Shown: positions 8,671 to 19,498 of the stretch, piece after piece
How positions within the stretch are numbered: position 1 is the stretch's first letter
Layout of the letters: each line of letters starts with the position of its first letter
NCBI GenBank assembly: GCA_034658595.1
Contig: JAYEFG010000010.1
Location: 353-64,352 of the forward strand
Reading direction: 5' to 3'
From: Fidelibacterota bacterium
Lineage (GTDB): Bacteria; Fidelibacterota; Marinisomatia; Marinisomatales; TCS55
DNA length: 64,000 nucleotides
Position numbers and translations under genes: made by a program
The notes under the pieces: generated by a model
Databases searched by the model: none
Told to the model about the DNA's origin: nothing
What the model saw: only the letters and a program-made list of their open reading frames with translations

Positions 8671-10361
8671 TTAGCCTGGTATTCTATTTTACCATTTACA
8701 ATTGTATAGAGTATTTTTGTATCCAGTATCTTATCCTCGGGAATAGTGATAATATTCTGAGAAAGGACGGTAAAATCAGCATATTTTCCCACTTCGATGG
8801 ATCCCTTGATATCTTCTTCAAAAGCGCCGTAAGCGGCATTGATCGTATATGATTTTAAGGCCTCAAACCGTGTCATTTTTTGTTGGGGCTCAAAACCGCC
8901 CTTTGGTTTTCCTTTTAATGTTTGACGGGATACGCTGGCATAAAATGACGCAATGGGGTCAATCGGCTCTACAGGAGCATCGGTACCATTCACAATTATT
9001 GCTCCCCGATCCATAAGCTCCCGCCAGACGTAAGCTCCTTCAACAATGCGTTTTTTACCAAGACGGTCAATGGCCCATGGGCGGTCCGATGAAAGGTGAA
9101 TTCCCTGCATGGAAGCAATAACACCCAAATTTCCAAATCTAGGGATATCTTCAGGATCGATATGCTGGGCATGTTCAATGCGCCAGCGGTGATTGCTGGC
9201 TTTTTTTGGATTTTTCTTAAATGCTTTTTCAAATTGATCCAGCACCTCCCGGTTGGCGCGGTCCCCGATAGCATGGGCATTGACCTGAAAACCATTGGCC
9301 AAACCATCCGTTGCCACCTCGTACACATATTCCATGGATTGGGTGGCCATGCCGAGATGGCCCGGACGGTCACTATACTCGTCCAATAGCCAGGCACCGC
9401 GGGAGCCCAAGGCTCCGTCTGCATTAAGTTTGATTGAACGGATTGTAAGATGATCATTCCCGGTACCAACCTCAGGCCCTTTTTTATACCACTCCTTTAG
9501 CAGGTCAGGGTCCCTGCTGGTGAGCATCACATAAAGTCGAATCCGTAATGCTTCACGATCAAGGCCTTCCCGATAGGTTGCAATTGCACTGTGACCGGAG
9601 CCTGCATCCTGAAATGACGTGATTCCATTTTCCAGGCAGGCCTGAACTGCTAGATCCAACGCTTTCTGACCGCTTCCCTCTGATGCAGAAGGTACATGGC
9701 GGCTGATAAGCCCCTGAGCCCGCTCATTAAAAACGCCCGTTGGATTCCCCCGGAGATCCTTAATGATTTCGCCACCAAAACCAAATTCAGTCTCTGCTGT
9801 GACACCGGCAATTTCCATCGCTTTGGCATTCCCAAATCCAGCGTGACCGCTGGCATGGGTGAGCCACACAGGATTATTAGGTGAAACGGCACTGAGTTTA
9901 TCATGGGTTTGAAATCCCTTGACTGTTGTTTCCGGATTGGGCTCCCACTTGCTTTGATGCCATCCTCTGCCCAAAATCCATTCACCCGCTTCAGTTTTTT
10001 CAACAGCATTGGCAACCAAATCCACCAAGTCATCATAATTGGCCGCCTTTGTCAGGTCCAAACGCATTTTTGCATAACCCAAGCCTATGAAATGACCATG
10101 ACCTTCGATCAATCCGGGAACCAGAGTAGCACCTTTCAAGTCAAGGATCTTGGTGTTTGCATTAATCAGTGAACCGACCTCCTTTTTTTTACTGACAGCA
10201 ATGATTTTACCATTTTTCACGGCTATAGCTTCAGCAATTGGATTAAATTCATTTACCGTATAAATGATACCATTTTGAATAATGAGGTCAGCCTTTTTGC
10301 TTTCACAAGCAATCAGGAATAAAAACATAAGTGAGAGTGTGTGAATTAATCTTGGATTCAA
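8667..10361 (-). CDS. amidohydrolase family (YtcJ-like, Amidohydro_3) lipoprotein
   Basis: EGHGHFIGLG metal-binding start motif and later HAIGD / HAQH blocks. The start is moved to TTG 10361 (GGAGG 5 nt upstream), giving lipoprotein signal MNPRLIHTLSLMFLFLIAC. Confidence 0.8.
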   Translation of the reverse strand: MNPRLIHTLSLMFLFLIACESKKADLIIQNGIIYTVNEFNPIAEAIAVKNGKIIAVSKKKEVGSLINANTKILDLKGATLVPGLIEGHGHFIGLGYAKMRLDLTKAANYDDLVDLVANAVEKTEAGEWILGRGWHQSKWEPNPETTVKGFQTHDKLSAVSPNNPVWLTHASGHAGFGNAKAMEIAGVTAETEFGFGGEIIKDLRGNPTGVFNERAQGLISRHVPSASEGSGQKALDLAVQACLENGITSFQDAGSGHSAIATYREGLDREALRIRLYVMLTSRDPDLLKEWYKKGPEVGTGNDHLTIRSIKLNADGALGSRGAWLLDEYSDRPGHLGMATQSMEYVYEVATDGLANGFQVNAHAIGDRANREVLDQFEKAFKKNPKKASNHRWRIEHAQHIDPEDIPRFGNLGVIASMQGIHLSSDRPWAIDRLGKKRIVEGAYVWRELMDRGAIIVNGTDAPVEPIDPIASFYASVSRQTLKGKPKGGFEPQQKMTRFEALKSYTINAAYGAFEEDIKGSIEVGKYADFTVLSQNIITIPEDKILDTKILYTIVNGKIEYQAN

Positions 10362-10499
10362 GTGTGCCTCCTTCAATGAAATCGTGAAGATGAAAATAAT
10401 GCGCATAAACCATCTTTCTCAATAAATACCTATAACAAATTCCATTGGAAGCGCATCCTGAACCCGGTAATTTCCCGTTCAAATTTTTGCGTATGAAAA

Positions 10500-11969
10500 A
10501 TGTCAAAAGGCGTAACTCCCCAAAGTAAAGATTATGCAGCCTGGTACACCGATGTAGTTACCAAGGCCGGCTTAGCCGATTACGGTCCCGTGAAAGGAAC
10601 TATGGTGGTGATGCCCTACGGGTTTTCCCTGTGGGATAATATTAAGGAAACATTTGACCGCATGATTAAAGAAACAGGCCATGTAAATGCCTATTTCCCC
10701 TTATTTATTCCAAAATCATTTTTGGCCCGGGAAGCGGAACACGTGGAAGGCTTTGCCAAGGAATGTGCGGTTGTAACCCATACCCGTCTAAAGGCCGATG
10801 ATAAGCACGGTCTTGTGGTGGATCCGGAATCAAAGCTGGAAGAAGAAGTAATTGTCCGCCCCACATCAGAAACTGTTATCTGGTCTATGTATAAAAAATG
10901 GATTCAGTCCTATAGAGATCTGCCCCTGCTTATCAACCAGTGGGCCAATGTAGTCCGCTGGGAAATGCGTACCCGGCTTTTTTTGCGCACTACAGAATTT
11001 CTTTGGCAGGAGGGCCACACCGCTCACGCCACAGCAACAGAAGCAGAAGCAGAAGCACGTCTTATCCTGGAATTATACCGCAAATTAGCTGAAGATTACC
11101 TGGCCATGCCTGTTCTTACAGGGTTGAAGTCGGAAGCAGAAAAATTTGCCGGTGCTGAACGGACATATTGTATTGAATCAATGATGGGGGATAAACGGGC
11201 CCTGCAGGCTGGAACATCCCATAATCTTGGTCAAAATTTTGCCAAAGCTTTTGATGTCACCTTTCAAACCCGGGATAACAAGGAAGAATTGGTCTATGCT
11301 ACCAGTTGGGGTGTCAGCACGCGTTTGGTTGGCGGTGTTATCATGACCCATGGGGATGATAAGGGTCTCCGCCTACCACCGAAGATTGCCCCTTACCAGG
11401 TTGTGGTTGTTCCTATTTTTGGGGATGAAGAGAGCAAACAAACCGTCAAGGCCTACCTTGATCCTATTTTGTCTGATCTTCGAAATGTTGGCGCCAGGGT
11501 CCATGAGGATTGGCGAAGAGACAGCCCCGGATTCAAATTCAATGAATGGGAAATGAAGGGTGTACCTCTGCGGCTTGAAGTGGGACCAAAAGATATTGAA
11601 AAAGGGAAAGTTGTATTGGTTCGTCGTGATAATGGTGAAAAACAATTCGTTGAAAAAGACGGGATTGCAATGTGTGTTCCCAAATTGTTGGATGAAATTC
11701 AAATTAACCTTTTCGAACAAGCCAAGGCCTTCCGTGAAGAGAATACACATACAGTTTCATCCTATGATGAATTCAAGGAAGTGATTGGCAATCAGGGTGG
11801 TTTTATTCGCTGTGGTTGGGATGGAACAGAGAAAACAGAAATGGTTATTAAAGAAGATACCAAAGCAACGGTTCGCTTGATTCCCTTTGATGAAAATCCG
11901 AAAGATTTGACCTGTATTTATTCCGGGAAACCCGCCAAAAACGAAGTCATTTTCGCTAAGGCTTATTAG
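10500..11969 (+). CDS. proS: proline--tRNA ligase, archaeal/eukaryote-like type
   Basis: N-terminus DYAAWYTDVVTKAGLADYGPVKGTMVVMPYG, class II motifs, and a C-terminal ProRS-C1 type ending ...FAKAY. Confidence 0.95.
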   Translation: MSKGVTPQSKDYAAWYTDVVTKAGLADYGPVKGTMVVMPYGFSLWDNIKETFDRMIKETGHVNAYFPLFIPKSFLAREAEHVEGFAKECAVVTHTRLKADDKHGLVVDPESKLEEEVIVRPTSETVIWSMYKKWIQSYRDLPLLINQWANVVRWEMRTRLFLRTTEFLWQEGHTAHATATEAEAEARLILELYRKLAEDYLAMPVLTGLKSEAEKFAGAERTYCIESMMGDKRALQAGTSHNLGQNFAKAFDVTFQTRDNKEELVYATSWGVSTRLVGGVIMTHGDDKGLRLPPKIAPYQVVVVPIFGDEESKQTVKAYLDPILSDLRNVGARVHEDWRRDSPGFKFNEWEMKGVPLRLEVGPKDIEKGKVVLVRRDNGEKQFVEKDGIAMCVPKLLDEIQINLFEQAKAFREENTHTVSSYDEFKEVIGNQGGFIRCGWDGTEKTEMVIKEDTKATVRLIPFDENPKDLTCIYSGKPAKNEVIFAKAY

Positions 11970-11978
11970 ATATAGGGA

Positions 11979-12034
11979 AAGTTTACTAAACCTTGAAGGA
12001 TTAGTAAACTTGTACACATAGGAATAGTAAACTT
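11979..12034. promoter_or_regulatory. perfect 11-bp inverted repeat plus a third direct copy (candidate operator, or weak proS terminator)
   Basis: AAGTTTACTAA (11979-11989) and TTAGTAAACTT (12001-12011) are exact reverse complements with an 11-nt spacer. TAGTAAACTT recurs at 12025-12034, 8 nt before the recO start codon. Confidence 0.35.
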
Positions 12035-12042
12035 ATATAGAA

Positions 12043-12729
12043 ATGATCACCAATTCAACCGCAATTGTCCTCAAGCGGTTTCCCTATAGCGAGACCAGTA
12101 TCATCGCTCGCTGCTTTGTGAGGGATATGGGTAAGGTTAGTTTTATCATCCATGGTGCTCACCGGAAGAAATCACCCATGGGGGCCTATTTTCAGCCCAT
12201 CAATTATTTGGACCTGGTTTATTATTTTAAGGAATCCCGGAATCTCCAAACCGTTTCCAAGGCGGCCTTTTCCCAATCCTGGTCTACCATTCCAGCGGAC
12301 CTTAAGAAAATATCTTATGCTATGGCCATGATCGAACTCACGGATAAATGTTTAACGGACTATGATCCCCATGCAAATTTATTTGATGAATTGGTAATTG
12401 CGCTAAAGACGGTTGAAAATGAAAAGAATCAACTTAACCTGGCCTATTGGTTTTACCAATATCAGGTTTTGAAAATACTGGGCTTTAAACCCGATTTTTC
12501 TCAGGCGGAAGTGGATTATGTTCCTCTTCCCAATCCATTTGCAGGGCCTAATTCAAAAGCCGTTTTTGAATATTTTCAAATGGAGCAGTCCGGTATGAAC
12601 AAAGGTATCACTATCACCGCTCAGGATCGAAAAGTTATCAGCAGTTATTTGAATACATGTATGGGGATTCATTTTGAGGGCGTTCAAAATTTAAAGTCCT
12701 TCCAAATTCTACGTGAGATGGTAACCTGA
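12043..12729 (+). CDS. recO: DNA repair protein RecO
   Basis: N-terminal OB-fold signature (AIVLKRFPYSETSIIARCF), typical length, C-terminal helical domain. Confidence 0.85.
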   Translation: MITNSTAIVLKRFPYSETSIIARCFVRDMGKVSFIIHGAHRKKSPMGAYFQPINYLDLVYYFKESRNLQTVSKAAFSQSWSTIPADLKKISYAMAMIELTDKCLTDYDPHANLFDELVIALKTVENEKNQLNLAYWFYQYQVLKILGFKPDFSQAEVDYVPLPNPFAGPNSKAVFEYFQMEQSGMNKGITITAQDRKVISSYLNTCMGIHFEGVQNLKSFQILREMVT

Positions 12730-13577
12730 TGGTCTATCGCGGCACATTGAGATGGGAAGGAGAAAAATCATTCTTAGAAAATGAAAATGGTAATCGTTTA
12801 CTGGAAAATCACAAGATCTGGAATGGATATATCCTCCATTGGCGAAATCAACCTGTTTGTGCCCGGGAGCTCGCCCAGAAAGATTATGAAAACAATGAAC
12901 CAATCATAATCATGTGGCCGGACACACCGCCATCTGGAAAGCCATTTGTAGAAATATATTATAATGAACGGCTGGTGAAATATCCTGCATCAACCTTTGG
13001 ACATAACGCCATAAATGTGAATGGAGAATTTTTCAATTTTTCCCATCTTATAAATGAAAATGAAGCTATGGATGAGGCGGAATATATGTACCGCCCTGCT
13101 CTTGGAGAATTTGCCCCTTCTCCCCACAATGGAAAATTTGAGATACTGGAAGACGCCACCGCTTATTATGATAAGTTTGGACGGAATTTTATGCGTTCGA
13201 TCCATGTTTTACGCATCGAAAGGATTGATACAATTCATTTATCGGATATATTTCACGACATGCTAAAATCTATTCATACAACACCGGTCCATCCGAGAAA
13301 CCCGGAGAAATACCGGGATTTCAATTTCTTTAACCGTAGCTGTACTACCATAATCAGGGATGGTCTCAGAAAATATGGATTCCAAAAAATTAGAGGCGTT
13401 TTACCTCGGGATTTTTTCATTAGTGCGGCCATGGTATTGGGACAGGTTAATGAATTAAACACCCGGCTCTATAAACGCCCGCAGCTTAAAGTACCGGAAG
13501 CTCCTTTTAGTCAAACAACAACTCCTTTGAATCCGATGAATTGGATTCGTCTGAAAAATCTGCGAAGTATGGAATAA
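12729..13577 (+). CDS. hypothetical protein with His...Cys signature (possible permuted papain-like/DUF4105-like fold)
   Basis: 282-aa ORF whose ATG overlaps the recO stop (TGATG). Contains GHNAINVNGEFFNFS and, about 110 aa later, FNRSCTTIIRDGL. Confidence 0.45.
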   Translation: MVYRGTLRWEGEKSFLENENGNRLLENHKIWNGYILHWRNQPVCARELAQKDYENNEPIIIMWPDTPPSGKPFVEIYYNERLVKYPASTFGHNAINVNGEFFNFSHLINENEAMDEAEYMYRPALGEFAPSPHNGKFEILEDATAYYDKFGRNFMRSIHVLRIERIDTIHLSDIFHDMLKSIHTTPVHPRNPEKYRDFNFFNRSCTTIIRDGLRKYGFQKIRGVLPRDFFISAAMVLGQVNELNTRLYKRPQLKVPEAPFSQTTTPLNPMNWIRLKNLRSME

Positions 13578-13580
13578 AGA

Positions 13581-16145
13581 ATGAAACGAACCTGTATAAT
13601 CATCATTTTATCTATCATCTTTTCTAGTTGTGAAAAACGATCTTTAGATACATCACCCGGTGTCTCGTGGCAATTAGCTGAACATCGGTCTGCAACAATT
13701 TCTGACGTACGTTACAAAATCACTTTGTCCATCCCTGAGAAAGTGAATGAACCGATTATGGGCTCAGAAACAATCCAATTTTTATTATCGGAAACGGGGC
13801 AGGAGGTGGTCTTGGATTTCCGCCAGCCTGCTGAATACATCCATTCGGTTAAAATGAATGGGAAGCCCATGGATTACATTTTCCGGGATCAGCATATTAT
13901 AATGGAGGATAATCAATTTTCAATCGGCGAAAACCAAATTGATATTGTTTTCAGAGCAGGCGATATGTCACTTAACCGAAATGATGAATTTCTCTACACA
14001 CTGTTTGTACCAGACCGAGCGGCTACGGCGATCCCTTGTTTTGATCAGCCGAATTTAAAAGGCCGTTATACTTTAACCCTTCATACGCCGAGCGACTGGG
14101 CGGCCATTGCCAACGGACCCCTTCTGGATGAAATTGAAAAGGACGGACAACGCACATTTCATTTTGGCGAAACACGGCCCGTGAGTACATACATACTGGC
14201 TTTTGTGGCCGGGAAATTTCAGAAAATTTCAGCAAGTCGAAATGGACGCTTAATGACCATGCTCCATCGCGAGACCGATAGTGCAAAAGTGGCCAGGAAC
14301 ACAGAAGCAATCTTTGACCTCCACGCTGATGCCATTGCCTGGCTGGAGGAATATACAGGCATTGATTATCCATTTCAGAAGTTCGATTTTGCCTTGATTC
14401 CCGTTTTTCAATACGGCGGCATGGAACATCCCGGAGCGATTTTTTATAAGGATAGCGGCCTGTTTTTGGATGAATCAGCCACAAAAAGTCAATACCTTGG
14501 ACGTGCAGGTCTAATTGCTCACGAAACGGCTCACATGTGGTTTGGAGATTTGGTAACAATGAGTTGGTTTGATGATGTGTGGACCAAAGAAGTCTTTGCC
14601 GGTTTTATGGGCGGAAAAATTGTCAATCCTGCCTTTCCCGAGATAAACCACGATCTGCGGTTTTTAAGCAATTATTCTTCTGCATATGGGGTCGACCGCA
14701 GCTTAGGCCCTAACCAAATCCGCCAGCCGCTTGAAAACTTGAATATGGCGGGGACACTTTATGGCTCAATTATTTACGCCAAAGCACCGGTGGTTATGAA
14801 ACATCTGGAATTATTGGTGGGGGAAGAAACATTCCAAAAAGGAATGCAAAAATACCTTGGTGAATTCAGCTACGGGAATGCCACATGGCCGGAATTAATC
14901 GAGATTATGGATGAATTATCGGAGGAAGACCTGGCTTCATGGAGTAAGGTTTGGGTGGATGAACCGGATCGGCCCATCATTGAAATGGATTTGAAACTTG
15001 CGCCTGACGGTTCAATCCGGCGATTGAAACTGAAACAAAAAGACCCCGGAAGAAAAAATCGGGTTTGGGGCCAGAGACTGAAAGTTCGTTTGGGGTATGC
15101 CGATGAAGATAAAGTAATTTCTGTTTATCTGAAAAATCGATCTGTAAATCTAGCTGAAGCCAAAGGACTTCCCCGCCCTGATTATATCTTACCCAACGGT
15201 GAAGGGATTGGCTATGGATTCTTCCGGATGAATGCAGACAGCAGAGAATATTTAAGCAAGCATCTGCCAGAAATTGATGATCCCTTTATCAGAGGAATTG
15301 CGTGGCTGAATCTCTGGGATGATATGCTCTATGGCCATACGTCACCGGCGGATATGATTTATCTTGCTGTCAGATCGTTAAAAACAGAAACGGATATTCT
15401 AAACATTCAACGTACCTTGGGAAGAATCCGCAGCACTTATTGGAATTATATAACTCATGATCAACGGATTAGAATGGCACCTGATTTGGAATCAATAATG
15501 AAAGGTCATCTGGATGAAGCTGAAACAGTTTCATTAAGGTCTTCCTACTTCAGAACCCTTCGTTCAATTATCCTTTCTGATAATGGGTATAAATGGCTGA
15601 AAGGTATTTGGACCGAAACCGATTCTATCCCCGGACTGAAATTTTCGGAGCGGGATTTCATAGCGATGGCCACCGAGTTGGCCTTGCGGGGAAAAAGGGA
15701 TTCACCGGAAATTTTAACAGCCCAGCTTAACCGAATAAACAATCCTGACCGGAAAGCACGGTTTAAATTTGTTATTCCGTCACTTTCCAATGATATATTA
15801 GTGAGGGATCAATTTTTTGAAAGTCTTAAAAAAGAAGAAAATCGTGCTCGGGAGCCTTGGGCTGGGGAAGCCGTGCGCCATTTGCACCACCCCCTGCGGG
15901 CATTGTCATCGGAAAAATATATTAGGGTAAGTCTGGAATTGTTAGAGGAGATACAGCGGACAGGGGATATATTCTTTCCGGCGCGCTGGGTCAGTGCAAC
16001 CTTATCAGGACACCAATCAGTATCGGCAGCAAATATCGTTAACCAATTTCTAGAGGATCATCCAAATTATTCCCCCAGACTTAAGCTGAAAATACTTCAG
16101 GCTGCTGATGGTTTATTCCGTGCAGTGGAGATTCTAAATCAATAA
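13581..16145 (+). CDS. M1 family aminopeptidase (aminopeptidase N-like) lipoprotein
   Basis: GGMEHPG (GAMEN-type) motif, plus HETAH followed 18 residues later by E (HExxH-x18-E). Signal IIILSIIFSSC. Confidence 0.9.
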   Translation: MKRTCIIIILSIIFSSCEKRSLDTSPGVSWQLAEHRSATISDVRYKITLSIPEKVNEPIMGSETIQFLLSETGQEVVLDFRQPAEYIHSVKMNGKPMDYIFRDQHIIMEDNQFSIGENQIDIVFRAGDMSLNRNDEFLYTLFVPDRAATAIPCFDQPNLKGRYTLTLHTPSDWAAIANGPLLDEIEKDGQRTFHFGETRPVSTYILAFVAGKFQKISASRNGRLMTMLHRETDSAKVARNTEAIFDLHADAIAWLEEYTGIDYPFQKFDFALIPVFQYGGMEHPGAIFYKDSGLFLDESATKSQYLGRAGLIAHETAHMWFGDLVTMSWFDDVWTKEVFAGFMGGKIVNPAFPEINHDLRFLSNYSSAYGVDRSLGPNQIRQPLENLNMAGTLYGSIIYAKAPVVMKHLELLVGEETFQKGMQKYLGEFSYGNATWPELIEIMDELSEEDLASWSKVWVDEPDRPIIEMDLKLAPDGSIRRLKLKQKDPGRKNRVWGQRLKVRLGYADEDKVISVYLKNRSVNLAEAKGLPRPDYILPNGEGIGYGFFRMNADSREYLSKHLPEIDDPFIRGIAWLNLWDDMLYGHTSPADMIYLAVRSLKTETDILNIQRTLGRIRSTYWNYITHDQRIRMAPDLESIMKGHLDEAETVSLRSSYFRTLRSIILSDNGYKWLKGIWTETDSIPGLKFSERDFIAMATELALRGKRDSPEILTAQLNRINNPDRKARFKFVIPSLSNDILVRDQFFESLKKEENRAREPWAGEAVRHLHHPLRALSSEKYIRVSLELLEEIQRTGDIFFPARWVSATLSGHQSVSAANIVNQFLEDHPNYSPRLKLKILQAADGLFRAVEILNQ

Positions 16146-16203
16146 ATTTGGGAACGGAATAAACCCGGAGAATGTATAAATTGCCGAAAATAATGCGATT
16201 ATC

Positions 16204-17031
16204 ATGAAATATCAGTTCCAGTCCGAACAGGGGAATGTAGCGTTTCGCCCCCAGTATTTCACCGAAGTAATCAAAGTATTGATTGCGGTGAATGTTGTTG
16301 TATTCTTTTTTCGCTATATTGCCCAAAACCAATTGGACCTGGCCCAGGTATTCGGCCTTTCTTCCGGATCAGTATGGCCGATGATTTGGCAGCCTGTTAC
16401 ATACATGTTTATCCATGGAGATTTCTTTCACATTTTCATGAATATGTTTGTCTTGTGGATGTTTGGGTCGGAGCTGGAATCCATCTGGGGCCGCCAGGGA
16501 TTTTTAAAATTTTATTTTATCACCGGTGTAGGGTCAGGACTGGTTTGGCTTTTGTTTAATATGGGGAATCCATATACGGTGTTAATTGGCGCCAGCGGGG
16601 CCATTTACGGATTGCTTTTGGCTTATGGCCTCATGTTCCCCAACCGAAAGATTCTGATTTATTTTCTGTTTCCGGTTAAAGTAAAATATTTTGTGATATT
16701 TTTAGGCACCATTGCCTTTGTGTCATCCATGGGAACTTCAGGATCAAATATCAGTCATTTAACCCACTTATCAGGGATGATAATCGGTTATATATATCTT
16801 AAATCACCCGGGAACTGGCCCAAACTGCGGCTATTGATCAATTCAAAATTTGTTGAAATGAGACACAAAAAAGTTGAGCGGAAAGAAGCCCGTAAAATGA
16901 ATATGCAACAAACAGTGGACCGCTTGTTGGATAAAATCAATAAGGTTGGTTATGATGGCCTTTCAGAAGATGAAAAAGATGAATTATATATCCATAGTCG
17001 GCATTTGGGTAAAGATCTGGAAAAAGACTAA
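16204..17031 (+). CDS. rhomboid family intramembrane serine protease
   Basis: GASGAIYGLL (catalytic Ser) and HLTHLSG (catalytic His) within a polytopic membrane core. Charged C-terminal tail. Confidence 0.85.
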   Translation: MKYQFQSEQGNVAFRPQYFTEVIKVLIAVNVVVFFFRYIAQNQLDLAQVFGLSSGSVWPMIWQPVTYMFIHGDFFHIFMNMFVLWMFGSELESIWGRQGFLKFYFITGVGSGLVWLLFNMGNPYTVLIGASGAIYGLLLAYGLMFPNRKILIYFLFPVKVKYFVIFLGTIAFVSSMGTSGSNISHLTHLSGMIIGYIYLKSPGNWPKLRLLINSKFVEMRHKKVERKEARKMNMQQTVDRLLDKINKVGYDGLSEDEKDELYIHSRHLGKDLEKD

Positions 17032-17258
17032 TATGTTTAAAATTAAAAAAATTCAAAAATAGATATAGAATTGAATCCGCCCGATTGCCCCATTGAGATT
17101 ATAGTAATCCGGGGATGTATTTTGCCACCATTGGTAGGAAGAATATTCAGTGTTGGCTTGGGGATGTTGTTGATGGAGATTACCCGTGATATTCTCACTT
17201 GGTATGGAATTAAAGGATGGTGTTAATAACTAAAAAAGTTTATAACTACATTCAAATG

Positions 17259-17287
17259 AATAGGGTCTAGAACCTATTGTATTTTTT
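17259..17287 (+). terminator. weak hairpin plus T-run inside a 567-bp non-coding gap
   Basis: AATAGG (17259-17264) / CCTATT (17273-17278), 8-nt loop, followed by GTATTTTTT. The stem is AT-rich and weak. Confidence 0.3.
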
Positions 17288-17598
17288 ATTAATAATGGGT
17301 AATACTGCTGAAGTTATACAATAAAGGGGATTATTACCATGTAGCATAAATATATTATTATAGCAATCGGTTTGTTGGTACTGTCACCACAAATTGGATA
17401 GGCGGTGAATATACTGTTGGAGAAAAAAATCAATACGCATGTACAATATAGGCACAACTTACGTAGGGATTCCTAAGGGAAGTCATAGCCATGAATATTT
17501 TTCTGCTTTAAAAAAAAGGTTAATTCATATAAATTATATTTTAATAGTCTAACCCCTTTTTATGGTGAAAATAAACGAAAGATTGTTTTTGAGCGGGA

Positions 17599-19253
<1,655 letters not shown>

Positions 19254-19341
19254 TTATTTAAGAATGTAAAGAAGGATTTTAGGCACTTCTAAGCAGATTC
19301 ACGAAGCGAAAAGGATAAAGAAGTGTTTTATTCAAAAAATG

Positions 19342-19369
19342 TTGATTAATTCTATTTTGTGGTTAAATT
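19342..19369 (+). promoter_or_regulatory. candidate sigma70-like promoter for the leader/small-protein cassette
   Basis: TTGATT (19342-19347), 16-nt spacer, TAAATT (19364-19369). Consensus-like only, and promoter rules in this lineage are unknown. Confidence 0.25.
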
Positions 19370-19431
19370 CTCGGCGATAAAAATGACTGTGGAACACATA
19401 ACCACATGCTTTAAACGCGAAAGAATTGGAC

Positions 19432-19466
19432 AAAAAGGGGACAGGGGATACCTGCCCCCTTTTTTC
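19432..19466 (+). terminator. intrinsic terminator/attenuator located inside the 5' leader of the small-protein cassette
   Basis: GGGGACAGG (19437-19445) / CCTGCCCC (19451-19458) with one mismatch, 5-nt loop, T6 run (19460-19465) and an A5 run upstream. It lies only 33 nt before the ATG at 19499. Confidence 0.6.
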
Positions 19467-19498
19467 TGTTCAATTAATCCTAACCAAGGAGGAACCTA

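Noticed and set aside
17071-17092. Possible tRNA or tmRNA gene, because of the T-arm/acceptor/CCA-like string
   Set aside because: No D-arm, anticodon arm or 5' acceptor strand is present upstream, where the sequence is almost pure A/T and the rhomboid gene ends. The T-loop is one base short. Kept only as a possible fragment in a finding.
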